DNA of 19,999 bases, from NCBI GenBank assembly GCA_036507075.1, contig DASXQR010000029.1, positions 1 through 19,999 on the forward strand. Direction: 5' to 3'. This DNA is from Acidobacteriota bacterium. Lineage in GTDB: Bacteria > Acidobacteriota > UBA6911 > JACQSX01. A program made the position numbers and the translations under genes. Under the pieces are notes generated by a model. The model worked only from the letters and a program-made list of their open reading frames with translations, made no database searches and was not told the DNA's origin. The first letter of the stretch is position 1. The number at the start of each line of letters is the position of its first letter. This document shows positions 1 to 9,184 of this stretch, piece after piece.

Positions 1-741
1 GCCACCCCATGAGATGCCATAAATTCCAATTCTCTGACGGTCGACTTCTGGAAGGTCCGCCAGGTAGTCGATAACCCGGATTAATTTGCTTTGCTCCAGC
101 CCCTGCAACCGCGTTCCCAGCAGATTTGCCTTCCGGTCGAGTCGTGATTTTGTTCGGATATCGTTGGTCATCAGCACCGCAAAGACGACGTAGCCGCGCT
201 CGGCTGCTCTAGCCCCAAAACGCCGCGCATAGTCTTCTTCGGTGTCTAAACCGCAAACCTTCTCGGGCGAACTCCCCATGCCATGCACACAAATGAGAGC
301 AGGGGCCGGGCTCTGCACGCTCTTTCGAGGAATGAGTAAAATGCCATAGGCATCAACACCGGGTAGCACGCTGAGCCACACACGATCGATAAAATAGTTG
401 GCTGTTTCTCCAGCCCGTGTGCGCCGTGGGAGCAGGGGACCACCATGACTGGAGACGCCGCCGATTAGTTGGATGAACCTCTCGCGGTTGGGGCGGACTG
501 AAGCCTTATACTTTTCGACCGAAGAAAAATTCCGGCGCCATCTCGTACCCCGCTCCCGATCCGCGCGCTGCAACTGCTGGTCCAGGTACTGCTCGAGTTG
601 TTCGACCTGGGACTTGTAGTAATTCTGTATTGGTGACAATTGAGTTTGGCCGCTGCCCTGAATGAGTGTCTCCGCACAGGCGAAAAGCAGCAGGACCAGC
701 GTGAACAGAGGTAGATTTGGAAGTTGAGCTTTACGTTTCAT
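1..741 (-). CDS. Secreted alpha/beta hydrolase (dienelactone hydrolase/acetylxylan esterase-like), partial, runs off left edge
   Basis: Manually translated open frame from ATG at 741: MKRKAQLPNLPLFTLVLLLFACA (signal-like) ... ALICVHGMG ... RGYVVFA ... LPEVDRQRIGIYGISWGG (G-x-S-x-G nucleophile elbow). Missing from the ORF track because there is no stop in the window. Confidence 0.85.
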   Translation of the reverse strand, partial: MKRKAQLPNLPLFTLVLLLFACAETLIQGSGQTQLSPIQNYYKSQVEQLEQYLDQQLQRADRERGTRWRRNFSSVEKYKASVRPNRERFIQLIGGVSSHGGPLLPRRTRAGETANYFIDRVWLSVLPGVDAYGILLIPRKSVQSPAPALICVHGMGSSPEKVCGLDTEEDYARRFGARAAERGYVVFAVLMTNDIRTKSRLDRKANLLGTRLQGLEQSKLIRVIDYLADLPEVDRQRIGIYGISWGG

Positions 742-849
742 GCGGGTGGTGGAAGTTGTAGTCGCTGCATTAGTTTGCGTAAGAATTTTTCACCCCTCCG
801 CGGCAACGGGGAGGCCGCGGCCTCACCCTCTGGCAGAAGCAATTTCAAC

Positions 850-943
850 TTCTGTCGCCCCTCCGGGGCTCATCCCTTTAATCATATGCCGACCCCGGCC
901 TCCGCTTCGGCCGGGGCTACAATGCTGACGCCGCTTCGCGGCT
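850..943. repeat. REP-like cluster of three GC-rich hairpins
   Basis: ttctgtcgcccctccggggct / accccggcctccgcttcggccggggctac / tgctgacgccgcttcgcggct; a related element lies in reverse orientation at 18124-18233. Confidence 0.6.
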
Positions 944-964
944 CTATAAGGAAGCTGCGCGTTA

Positions 965-1060
965 ATGGGGTCAGGTCTTCATTATTCAGTTTTTAGACAA
1001 CTGGTCAGCCTTAGACAGACAAAGCCGATCAAAAAATGAATAATGAAGACCTGACCCCAT
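965..1060. mobile_element. 96-bp MITE-like element with 24-bp perfect terminal inverted repeats
   Basis: atggggtcaggtcttcattattca (965-988) and its exact reverse complement tgaataatgaagacctgaccccat (1037-1060). Confidence 0.7.
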
Positions 1061-1063
1061 GCC

Positions 1064-2301
1064 CTAGATCTCCATTTGCCGCTTTTTGCCGTTCCAGCGC
1101 ACGCGTTGGCCGGAGTGTCTCAGAGAATGCATGGCCATCGCCAGGATGACGCTTGTATGATGTCCCGCTTCGACCGGGGCATTTGGCTTCCTACGACTGC
1201 GAACGCAATCAAGAAAGTTGCGTACATGATCGCCGGTGGCGTGCCCAAAAGCGCCGATTTCCCGGCGATAGTGTGCCGGCTTCAACTCTGCAGGGGTGTC
1301 GCCTTCCGCGTATAGCGCCAGCGATTCGCGACCCATGTCGAGTCGCGCCATTGAACCGTGCAACTGGAGAAGCTGGTCGTTGACCGGAGCGTATCGCATG
1401 GCCTTATAACCAAGACTGAAAGAGGCGATGAAATCTTCGGGGTACTCAACGGTGATCGTCGTCGTCTCGGGGACTTCCGCGCCCTGCGTGTGTGGTTTTG
1501 TCCCGATGCAGGTCACGGCGGCAGGGTAGGTGGAATCCATGAACCAGCCGATCGCATCCAACATGTGCGCCCCCTGGCCCACGGTCAAGCCGCCTGAGTA
1601 GTCCCAGAAATGATACCAATGGAAGAAACGCTTCGGATCGAGCGGGCGCTGCGGAGCGGGACCGAGCCACCGCGTCCAATCCAGCGTGGCCTTGCAGCGA
1701 GCGATCCACGAGCGTGGCGGCCTGACGATTGAACCAGCCTGAAGTGACCAGGTGCACCCTGCCCAACTGGTTCGAATCCACGATCTTTCTACCTTCAATG
1801 AAAATGGAATAACTGCGCCGCTGAGTCCCCACCTGGACGATGCGACCGCTCCTCTTCACGGCATCCATCACCTCAAAACCTTCCTCGGCCAGGTGACACA
1901 TCGGCTTCTCGACGTAAACATCCTTGCCAGCCGCAACGGCATCAATGATCATCTGCGCGTGCCAATGGTCCGGGGTGGCAACAATGACGGCGTCGATGTC
2001 CTGATCATTAAGAACTTCACGGAAGTCAACGTAGCGTTTGGCGCCACTGTTGGCCAGCGAAAGTCCGGCATTCAGATTCGGTTCATAAACATCACAAATT
2101 GCGCGTAGATCAGCTCCAGCTTGTCGAAAATGTTTCGCCAATAGCGGCCTCGACCACCACTGCCGATCAACCCACGCCAATGCGCTCGTTGGCGCCTGAC
2201 AAACCACTGAAGCGCGGCGAAGTGGTTAGCCCTAAGGCCGCGACGCCTCCGGCGCCGCGTCCCAAGAACGAGCGGCGAGTTGTTGCATCCTTTGTTTTCA
2301 T
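1064..2301 (-). pseudogene. Tat-signal Gfo/Idh/MocA oxidoreductase with three apparent frameshifts
   Basis: MKTKDATTRRSFLG (Tat), IGSGGRG, DAVIVATPDHWH, GKDVYVEKP, VQVGTQRRS, LDWTRWLGPAP, FWDYSGG. 1-nt deletions near 2171 and 2143 (by comparison with the copy at 15200-15455) and a 1-nt insertion near 1690. Confidence 0.85.
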
Positions 2302-2386
2302 GGCTGCCTCTGCTGAAGGTTTGGGTACAGGATATACCTACTCACAAATCACGCACAGCCAAGTAATCAGCTCCCGTCCGACCGTA

Positions 2387-2480
2387 CCAGCGCGGCTCTG
2401 CCGCCCGCCGTGCGGTAAAGCTCCGCCTTGCCGGTTCTCCCTTCTCCCTCCCTCTCCTTGGGCAAGGCTCTGCCTTGCCG
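2387..2480. repeat. REP-like palindromic repeat, copy 1 (copy 2 at 4619-4685)
   Basis: ccagcgcggctctgccgcccgccgtgcggtaaagctccgccttgcc ... ggcaaggctctgccttgccg, nearly identical motifs to 4619-4685. Confidence 0.7.
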
Positions 2481-2481
2481 T

Positions 2482-2592
2482 GCACAGGTCGTCGATATCA
2501 TGCTGCGGGCAGGTGCAGATATCCATGCGACGAATCGCGCCGGTGCAAGACCCCTGATGCTTGCGGCACTGCACGGCGATACAGATATATGA
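2482..2592 (+). pseudogene. Ankyrin-repeat fragment
   Basis: Translates AQVVDIMLRAGADIHATNRAGARPLMLAALHGDTDI*, matching the ankyrin consensus (LLxxGADIN..GxTPLxxAAxxG); no upstream gene body. Confidence 0.65.
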
Positions 2593-2698
2593 AACAATTC
2601 TCTGCATTAACCACGCTGTTCAGAGTTTTCTTTCCTGCTGCTTGCGCAAACACAGCCTGAAAAGGGACCTCGAGCAGGCTCGGCACTGGCTCAAGCAT

Positions 2699-2780
2699 CG
2701 GCATACAGCCGACTCGCCTGCGGCGGGATCCCCTTGCATAGAAACATTTCCTGGCGCGCGGTTGATGCCGCGCGTTAGGC
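2699..2780 (+). other. attC site lacking a proper R'' box
   Basis: cggcatacagccgac ... gcgcggttgatgccg arms and R' GTTAGGC at 2774-2780; no RYYYAAC upstream. Same family as 9185-9273. Confidence 0.65.
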
Positions 2781-2984
2781 GAACACATCGAGACGACGAG
2801 CCCACTCGTGGGGCGCTGGGCGAAGGGTGCGAGCAGTGGAGGGCGGGACATTCTCATGCAACAGCCCGCACGCGGGTTGCCACCATCTTTCCGAACTGCT
2901 ATCGAACCAGAAGAGGCTTCCACTTGCGGAGGGTGCAGGTTATGCTGAGCGCAGCTAAAATAGGTGCGAGAGTTGGAGCTGTAC

Positions 2985-3413
2985 ATGAAAAGGCCCGTCC
3001 CGGTGGAATCTGCCTCTGCATTAATCGACGAGAAGATCAAGGAACTTGGGGACTGGCGCGGGAAGACGCTCGCGAAAGTGCGCGAAATCATACACGAGGC
3101 AGACCCTGAGATCGTCGAAGAGTGGAAGTGGATGGGGACTCCCGTCTGGTCCCACGGCGGCATCGTCTGCACGGGAGAGACGTACAAGAACGTCGTCAAG
3201 ATGACATTTCCCAAGGGAGCTGCGTTGAAGGATCCTTCAAGTCTATTCAACTCCAGCCTCGACGGGAATGCCAGGCGCGCCATCGACATCCACGAAGGCG
3301 ACAAGGTCGATGAGGCGGCCTTGAAGGATCTCATCCGCGCCGCAGTGGCGCTCAATCTCAAGGGCAAGAGCAAGCCGAAGCCCCGGCGAGCGAGCAGCAA
3401 GCGGGCCGACTAG
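2985..3413 (+). CDS. DUF1801 (YdhG-like) protein, cassette gene
   Basis: LGDWRGKTLAKVREIIHEADPEIVEEWKWMGTPVW ... LFNSSLDGNARRAID; GGAG RBS before ATG 2985; flanked by attC sites. Confidence 0.9.
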   Translation: MKRPVPVESASALIDEKIKELGDWRGKTLAKVREIIHEADPEIVEEWKWMGTPVWSHGGIVCTGETYKNVVKMTFPKGAALKDPSSLFNSSLDGNARRAIDIHEGDKVDEAALKDLIRAAVALNLKGKSKPKPRRASSKRAD

Positions 3414-3678
3414 CTTCATCGCAGGTCCCGGCCATATCTCCTCCCATAGGGGAAGAGCTTCGGCACCTGCCTCATACGCCAAGCAGTTCGGCGTCGAGGC
3501 CCCGAGCTGGCCGCCGAAGGGTGCTCGGTCTTGATCGCGGAGGAGACTGCCATGTCTATGGAACGTCCATATGGCGGTCAAGCGTGAGTCGTGCCGACGA
3601 AATCGGCAGGCGCCGTCGACTATCGCTTGCGATCGTAGTGCGCCTGTACGAGCCCGCTGGGAAAGCTGCGAGCCCGAG

Positions 3679-3756
3679 GCCATGCAGCCGACGCACTACC
3701 GCGATTCGTTTGACTTGATAGATTCCATGGCGCGCGGCTGATGCCGGGCGTTAGGG
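3679..3756 (+). other. attC site, R'' degenerate or missing
   Basis: gccatgcagccgacgc ... gcgcggctgatgccgggc followed by R' GTTAGGG at 3750-3756. Confidence 0.7.
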
Positions 3757-3798
3757 CGCAACGGGCAAGCAGCCAGCCTTCTGGCGGGGGAGAGATCT

Positions 3799-4323
3799 GT
3801 GAATGAACGAGAGAAGTGGTTTGAGCGCTCGTTCGATTTTACGCTGCCGCTGGGTCGCTTTCCCAGCCTCCTCGAACGGCTCCGAGGTACGCCGGCAAGA
3901 ATCGAGGAGCGCACTCGCTCCCTGTCCCAAGATATTCTTACTCGGCGCGACAATGAACACTGGTCTGTGCAAGAAAATGTCGGACACCTCCTCGATCTGG
4001 AGCCGCTCTGGCTGCGCCGCGCAGAGCAGTTCTTCGCAGGCGATACCGAGCTCGTTCCGGCCGACCTGACGAACCGTCGGACTCACGAGGCTAACCACAA
4101 TGCCCGCCAGCTGTCCGATCTCCTCACGGCCTTTCGCGCCGCGCGCACCCAGTTCATGCACCTCTTGGCTAGGGCGGATGACTCGATCCTTGCGCGCACC
4201 GCGCTCCATCCCCGGCTCCGGACGTCGATGCGGCTGATTGATCTCGCTCTGTTCGTGGCCGAACACGATGATCATCATCTGGCGGCCATCGCAGAGTTAA
4301 CGGTGCGGTGGGGCCACGCATGA
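3799..4323 (+). CDS. DinB family protein, cassette gene
   Basis: WSVQENVGHLLDLE and AEHDDHHLA His motifs of the DinB/YfiT four-helix metalloenzymes. Confidence 0.9.
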   Translation: MNEREKWFERSFDFTLPLGRFPSLLERLRGTPARIEERTRSLSQDILTRRDNEHWSVQENVGHLLDLEPLWLRRAEQFFAGDTELVPADLTNRRTHEANHNARQLSDLLTAFRAARTQFMHLLARADDSILARTALHPRLRTSMRLIDLALFVAEHDDHHLAAIAELTVRWGHA

Positions 4324-4328
4324 CATGG

Positions 4329-4428
4329 GTTGCGCCTAGTGGCTGCATCCGACGGCGATCTCTTCGTTCTGTGGTCGCGTAGAATGACTCGGACGCGGCC
4401 GTCGCGAGTGAGCCACATGGCGTTAGGC
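4329..4428 (+). other. attC site with small deletion in R''
   Basis: gttgcgccta (4329-4338) nearly complements the cassette's own start GTTAGGGCGCAAC (3750); arms gtggctgcatccgacggc / gccgtcgcgagtgagccac; R' GTTAGGC at 4422-4428. Confidence 0.75.
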
Positions 4429-4462
4429 CTCAGCCAACCGCGATCTAATGAATGATTGAAGA

Positions 4463-4528
4463 GACAAGCCAATGCCTCTCACCCTCTGACGACAAGCCAA
4501 GACGACAAGCCAATACCTCTCACCCTCT
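4463..4528 (+). repeat. Short direct repeats
   Basis: gacaagccaa occurs three times; gacaagccaat(g/a)cctctcaccctct occurs twice (4463-4487, 4504-4528). Confidence 0.85.
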
Positions 4529-4618
4529 CGTATCCTAAGTGACTGCCACTATTGAAATCATTTACCAGTCAGTATTGTTTTCACTTCGGCACCCGGCGTC
4601 AGCTTACATCCTGCGGTG

Positions 4619-4685
4619 CCAGTGCGGCTCTGCCGCCCGTCGTGCGGTAAGGCTCTGCCTTACCTGGCAAGGCTATGCCTTGCCG
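4619..4685. repeat. REP-like palindromic repeat, copy 2
   Basis: ccagtgcggctctgccgcccgtcgtgcggtaaggctctgccttacc-tggcaaggctatgccttgccg; matches 2387-2480. Confidence 0.7.
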
Positions 4686-4837
4686 AAAATTTTCTTTCGC
4701 AGATTTCCGGGGTCGTCAGTTTAGTCCTGCAGGTGAAGAGATCAAGAGGGAGCAGTGCGATGATTCGACCAAGACTGGATTTACCGTGCCTGTAAATCAC
4801 TGAGGTCACAAGCCAGTGCCTGGCCGTTTTTCAGAGG

Positions 4838-4887
4838 AAAAGATAATATACATGCCTGTCACAAAAGATAATATACATGCCTGTCAC
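4838..4887 (+). repeat. Perfect 25-bp tandem duplication
   Basis: aaaagataatatacatgcctgtcac x2. Confidence 0.9.
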
Positions 4888-5117
4888 AATTAGGGAATGT
4901 GAAATCAATCCTGACAGTAGTTTAGTGATCGACGAGTATTGTTTTGACTAGTTGATTCGTGGTGTAAGTTTCCTACTGTCGTGTGGGGGAAGCATTGCGG
5001 CCAGCGACTGGCGACAGGCAGCGCGAACCAGCCGCCAAAAAAAGTCACCTGTCCTCTAAACTTTCGGCAGAATTGAATTTGCGAATCCAAATGGTGACAG
5101 GCATCTATACTTCCGTC

Positions 5118-5280
5118 GCGCAACGACTACAAAGAGCGCTCCTATCCCGTGTGGAACCTGACAAAACAACTTCACGCTGCAGGAAAACTCACTTCCGTCC
5201 AGGATGCACTGGTCGCTCCCACGATGACGGCAGAAGAACTCTACGATCTGGACCAGGATCCTCATGAAATCAACAAAATC
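5118..5280 (+). pseudogene. Sulfatase C-terminal fragment
   Basis: DYKERSYPVWNLTKQLHAAGKLT ... EELYDLDQDPHEIN (ELYDLxxDPxE motif of sulfatase C-termini); no catalytic N-terminus. Confidence 0.7.
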
Positions 5281-5442
5281 GATCGGGGTGCCGCGACTGC
5301 GAAGCGCCCGCACCGATCCTTGGGAAGTGTCATACGCAGTTCTGCATAATCCATGTTTGATGGATGGAACACCGTGTGTCGACGGTCTCGGAGCCGCCAA
5401 CGTCTCATGTTCAGCCGTTACAAAAGCGAAAGGAGGATTGAA

Positions 5443-5847
5443 ATGCAGGGTGAGAAAATCGGCGAGTCATCAGGGAAGGTGACCTCTAGAAGGGTGTTGC
5501 CCGGTCAGGGCGGCGGGCCCAGGATGGAAACGTCCTTTGAGGCCAACGGGAAGCTGTTGGGAGTGGAAGAGAAAGAAACGGGCACATACTGGTCGGTCCT
5601 CCGGCCCGATGGCAGTCTCTACGGAGAAGGCCAGGGGATCATTATGGGCAGTGGCGGAGAGGTGGCGACCTGGGTAGGGCAGGGTGTGGGCACCATCAAG
5701 AAGGACGGCGCCGTCAGCTATCGGGGCGCCGTGTATTACCAGACCCAATCCCCGGGATGGGTACGGCTGAACAGCGTTGCAGCAATCTTTGAGTACGAAG
5801 TGGACGCGCAGGGCAACAGCCGCTCCCAACTATGGGAATGGAAGTGA
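5443..5847 (+). CDS. Hypothetical beta-rich protein (134 aa)
   Basis: AGGAGG RBS before ATG 5443; MQGEKIGESSGKVTSRRVLP ... RPDGSLYGEGQG ... WEWK. Confidence 0.8.
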   Translation: MQGEKIGESSGKVTSRRVLPGQGGGPRMETSFEANGKLLGVEEKETGTYWSVLRPDGSLYGEGQGIIMGSGGEVATWVGQGVGTIKKDGAVSYRGAVYYQTQSPGWVRLNSVAAIFEYEVDAQGNSRSQLWEWK

Positions 5848-5987
5848 GGTCGTACGTCGTGAATACGGAAGTGTGAGAAGTTTGAGCGTGATGTATCATG
5901 GTCATCCGCGCCAGGCGAAACAGACTTCGCGTACATATTGACGTGCTGGCTGAACGAACACGACGTCAAAGCCGAGAGGCGGAGACT

Positions 5988-6875
5988 ATGAATCTCGTCG
6001 TCAGATGCATGCTTGTCTCCACACTGTTTCTTGCGCCGGCCTTGCAAATGAAGGCGCAAGAGGCAAAGCGCATCACGATTCTCTACGATGCGTTCGGCGC
6101 GCCCTCTACGCTCCGGAAGGACTGGGGGTTTGCGGCATTAGTAGAGTATGGGGGGAGGCGGATTCTCTTCGACACCGGTAATAACGCCCAGATCTTTGAG
6201 CATAACGTCCGGCAGTTGGGCGTCGAGCTGAGGCGACTCGATGGTGTCGTCATTTCACATCGCCACGGTGATCATACGAGTGGGCTTCCGTATCTCTTGC
6301 AGGCGAATCCGGGAGTCAAGATTTACGTGCCTCAGGAAGGAGCGTTCTTCAAGAGTGGGTTGCCACCGGGGTTCCTCGAACGGCAGCCTGACCTCCCTGC
6401 CAACCTGCGGTACTTCGAAGGCAAGCCGCCCGACCGCTGGGTTTCGGGTACCCCATGGGAACAGGGGGATTTCCAGATCGTCACAACAACCTCGGAGATT
6501 CTTCCCGGCTTCTATGTCCTGACAACGCAGTCTCAGAAGCCTGGCACGCTCGAGATGAACGAAACCTCGCTTGCGATCCGCACGCCGAAAGGACTTGCTG
6601 TCGTAGTCGGCTGTTCGCATCCGGGCATTGAGAAGATTCTCGAAGGAGCCGCGAAGATCGATTCCCGGCTGTACACGGTGACTGGCGGCTTCCATCTCGT
6701 CCTTACTCCCCGGCAGGAAGTGCAGCGCGTAGCAAACGTGCTCCATGACGCGCTCAAACTCGAACGCGTAGCTCCCGGGCACTGCACGAGCGAACTCGGG
6801 TTCGCGGTCTTTCTCGATCGCTTCAGAGATCGCTTCGATCAGGCCGGACTCGGTGCGATAATCGCGCTGCCCTGA
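5988..6875 (+). CDS. MBL-fold metallo-hydrolase (COG1237-like) with signal peptide
   Basis: ILFDTG, SHRHGDH, GCSHPG, GGFH, PGHCT motifs; GGAG RBS before ATG 5988. Confidence 0.9.
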   Translation: MNLVVRCMLVSTLFLAPALQMKAQEAKRITILYDAFGAPSTLRKDWGFAALVEYGGRRILFDTGNNAQIFEHNVRQLGVELRRLDGVVISHRHGDHTSGLPYLLQANPGVKIYVPQEGAFFKSGLPPGFLERQPDLPANLRYFEGKPPDRWVSGTPWEQGDFQIVTTTSEILPGFYVLTTQSQKPGTLEMNETSLAIRTPKGLAVVVGCSHPGIEKILEGAAKIDSRLYTVTGGFHLVLTPRQEVQRVANVLHDALKLERVAPGHCTSELGFAVFLDRFRDRFDQAGLGAIIALP

Positions 6876-7087
6876 GGGCCATCAAACCAAACGCCCGTCA
6901 AATGCTGAGTTCCCGGTCGTGTACGCTCCTGGTATGCGCATGCACCTGACGAAAGCGCCGGCATGGTTTCCGTGGCTCGGTTTTCCCTTTTCATTTGGAA
7001 TCTCCTTCTTGGGTTTAGGTAAGCATTCATGTTCCGCTACCAGCAACCCATTACCGGGAGACCGACCTTCTCATCCAATCTTGGCGC

Positions 7088-7597
7088 CGCAACGAGATCA
7101 CGGTCCGCGACGGTAAGGGCGCCAAGGACCGCGTCACCATGCTGCCGGTCTCCTGCAAGTCAGCCTTACTCGACCACCTGGAGAAGGTGCGCCAACAGCA
7201 CAAGGATGACCTGCGCCAAGGGCTCGGCCGCGCCCCGTTGTCGGACGCTCTGGCCCAGAAGTACCCCAACGCGGACCGCCAGTGGGCAGGGCAGTACGTC
7301 TTCCCGGCATCTTCGCACTATACCGACCGCTATTCGGGCGTTCGGTATTGGCACCACTTGCACGAAACCGTGATACAGAAAACCATGGCTGAGGCGGTCC
7401 GACGGGTTGGCATCGCCAAGCCAGCCACCCCCCACACACTCCGGCACTCCTTCGCCACCCAATCGCTTGAAGCCGGCTACGACATCCGCACGGTCCAAGA
7501 GCTGTTGGGCCACCACAACGTAGAGACGACGATGATTTACACCCACGTCTTGAATCGCGGTGGCAAGGGAGTGCAAAGCCCCGCGGACAGAGTGTGA
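7088..7597 (+). pseudogene. intI: Integron integrase, 5'-truncated remnant 1
   Basis: [18 protein letters not shown], IntI-specific insertion ([23 protein letters not shown]), [29 protein letters not shown]-terminal domain and box I Arg are absent. Confidence 0.92.
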
Positions 7598-7756
7598 GCG
7601 GCGGACACATCAGGCCCGCCGACTGGACAGCCCTTCCCCATGCCATGCTAGGCCGACCGGCACGGGCGACTAGCACGGCTGAGAGGACAGTGCCAGGATT
7701 ACCGGACGTGCTTGACAGCGGTGAAGTTCCGGAAAGAAGATTAGACGAAACCGTTG

Positions 7757-7815
7757 ACCGTGCTAGGCCGACCAAAGCACCGTGCTAGGCCGGTCTGTTC
7801 AATTAGGAGTTGGGC
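7757..7815 (+). other. Putative attI downstream of intI remnant 1
   Basis: 14-bp direct repeat accgtgctaggccg at 7757 and 7779 (partial copy at 7646, inverted partial at 7670), then core GTTGGGC at 7809-7815; no attC-type palindrome upstream. Confidence 0.55.
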
Positions 7816-7829
7816 AGACAAGAGGGCCG

Positions 7830-7880
7830 GTGGATCAGTTTTCGGCCGGCCGAGTGGATTAGTTTTCGAGCGCGCCAACA
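7830..7880 (+). mobile_element. IS21-family-like terminal remnant
   Basis: Two repeats gtggat(c/t)agttttcg (7830, 7854) ending in ...gcgccaaCA, like the repeated-IR ends of IS21 elements; an istB fragment occurs at 18407. Confidence 0.55.
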
Positions 7881-7891
7881 GGAGGAAACTC

Positions 7892-8422
7892 GTGGCACTC
7901 GTGGTTCTTCTAAGAGGGGTCAACGTCGGCGGTCACAGGACCTTCCGACCCACCACGCTCACCGAACAACTGAAGCACCTCGATGCCGTCAACATCGGCG
8001 CGGCGGGCACCTTCGTGATCCGGCAGCCAGTCACGCGGGCGCAACTCCGCGCCGAATTCACACGCAGGCTTCCCTTTGATGCCGAGATCATGATCTGCCA
8101 GGGCCGCGAGATTGTCAGGATGATGTCTCACAATCATTTCGCGGACCAGCCCGTGCGACCCGACATCGTCCGCTTCGTGAGCGTCCTGTCCCAACGCCCC
8201 CGCTCGGCGCCGTCGATGCCCATGAGCTTTCCTTCCAGCGGCAAATGGCTGCTGAAAATCCTCGCGAGGGACAACCGGTTCGTCTTCGGCCTGTACCGGC
8301 GCCACATGAAGGTCATCAGCTACCTCGGCACGTTCGACCGGCTCTTTGGGGTCCCGGTGACCACGCGCAACTGGAATACCATCACCGCGATCGCCAGGGT
8401 GCTAGGTAACGGAGGGACCTGA
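7892..8422 (+). CDS. DUF1697 protein, cassette gene
   Basis: LLRGVNVGG near the N-terminus and TTRNWNT near the C-terminus; AGGAGG RBS before GTG 7892. Confidence 0.9.
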   Translation: MALVVLLRGVNVGGHRTFRPTTLTEQLKHLDAVNIGAAGTFVIRQPVTRAQLRAEFTRRLPFDAEIMICQGREIVRMMSHNHFADQPVRPDIVRFVSVLSQRPRSAPSMPMSFPSSGKWLLKILARDNRFVFGLYRRHMKVISYLGTFDRLFGVPVTTRNWNTITAIARVLGNGGT

Positions 8423-8544
8423 TCGACCGGCGAGCCGTCACCGGACATCCAGACGTCGTTCTAGAGGATGGGGACGGATGCCGCCCGCCGTCAAGTCTCC
8501 GCGCGCCTGATGGCTTCCCGTTCGGATCTCGTCGCGAAGGGGCT

Positions 8545-8642
8545 GGCTAACAGGCCGCTGCAGCCGACGAGCGGCGCGGCAATGTTCGGGTGATTCGCAG
8601 TATCGTGAACGCCGCTCGCGGCTGAGCGGCTGGCCGTTAGAC
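8545..8642 (+). other. attC site (intact)
   Basis: R'' GGCTAAC, arms ccgctgcagccgacgagcggcg / cgccgctcgcggctgagcgg with extrahelical bases, R' GTTAGAC. Confidence 0.9.
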
Positions 8643-8672
8643 GGGTCGTTGTAGGAGTGCATCGGAGGGAGT

Positions 8673-8840
8673 GTGAAGACACGGATTCTTAGCTCAATCT
8701 TACTGACAGTATTTGCGTCAGCGGCGAAGAAAAGTAGCCCTCGGTTCGAAATCGCTGGCGAGTACTTCGAGTATAATTGGTACGAGCATCCCGGTATTGG
8801 CAAGGTCGAACTGAAGCGGAAACGAGTGAGTCAACGATGA
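8673..8840 (+). CDS. 55-aa ORF, probably chimeric, translationally coupled to the next gene
   Basis: GGAGG RBS, GTG start; MKTRILSSILLTVFASAA (signal-like) then KKSSPRFEIAGEYFEYNWYEHPGIGKVELKRKRVSQR; ATGA overlap at 8837-8840. Confidence 0.55.
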   Translation: MKTRILSSILLTVFASAAKKSSPRFEIAGEYFEYNWYEHPGIGKVELKRKRVSQR

Positions 8841-9172
8841 TTGTCAAACTGCGACGGAAGAACGCACGGTATTGTGATCTGACACCTGGTCAGCCCTACG
8901 TTGTCATTGGTATCGAGGCGGATGAATTTCGAATTCTAAACGACGCCGGTCGACCGTACCTTTACCCCCCAAATCTATTCCAGGTGCTCGATCCTCACGA
9001 ACCGGGTGATTGGCTTACCGAATTCGGTGACGACGGTGAGCGGTACGCATATCCGTCCCCCCTTAACGAGCCTGGCTTCTTTGAAGACTTTTTCGACGAC
9101 AAGCCTAAGGCCATAAGAACGTTTTGGCGGGTAGTGAACCATCGGCTGGCAACTGTCACCGGAGTTGCATAG
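8837..9172 (+). CDS. Hypothetical protein (111 aa), cassette gene
   Basis: MIVKLRRKNARYCDLTPGQPYVVIGIEADEFRILNDAGRPYLYPPNLF; stops 12 bp before an attC. Confidence 0.8.
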   Translation: MIVKLRRKNARYCDLTPGQPYVVIGIEADEFRILNDAGRPYLYPPNLFQVLDPHEPGDWLTEFGDDGERYAYPSPLNEPGFFEDFFDDKPKAIRTFWRVVNHRLATVTGVA

Positions 9173-9184
9173 CCCGGCCGGGCC

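Noticed and set aside
1064..2301. Programmed frameshifting in the oxidoreductase
   Set aside because: Three separate indels without slippery sites, and the duplicate copy shows the in-frame sequence; decay or sequencing error is more likely.
2660..2698. KRDLEQARHWLK as a Sel1-repeat fragment
   Set aside because: Only 12 residues; suggestive but not enough to call.
4463..4887. Possible CRISPR array from the short direct repeats
   Set aside because: Units are adjacent or nested without unique spacers, and there are only two or three copies.
5395..5422. cgccaac-gtctcatgttcagccg as an attC left arm
   Set aside because: No matching right arm; too short to support.
7139..7597. Functional standalone integrase
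   Set aside because: Lacks the N-terminal domain and first catalytic Arg; same for 18726-18962.
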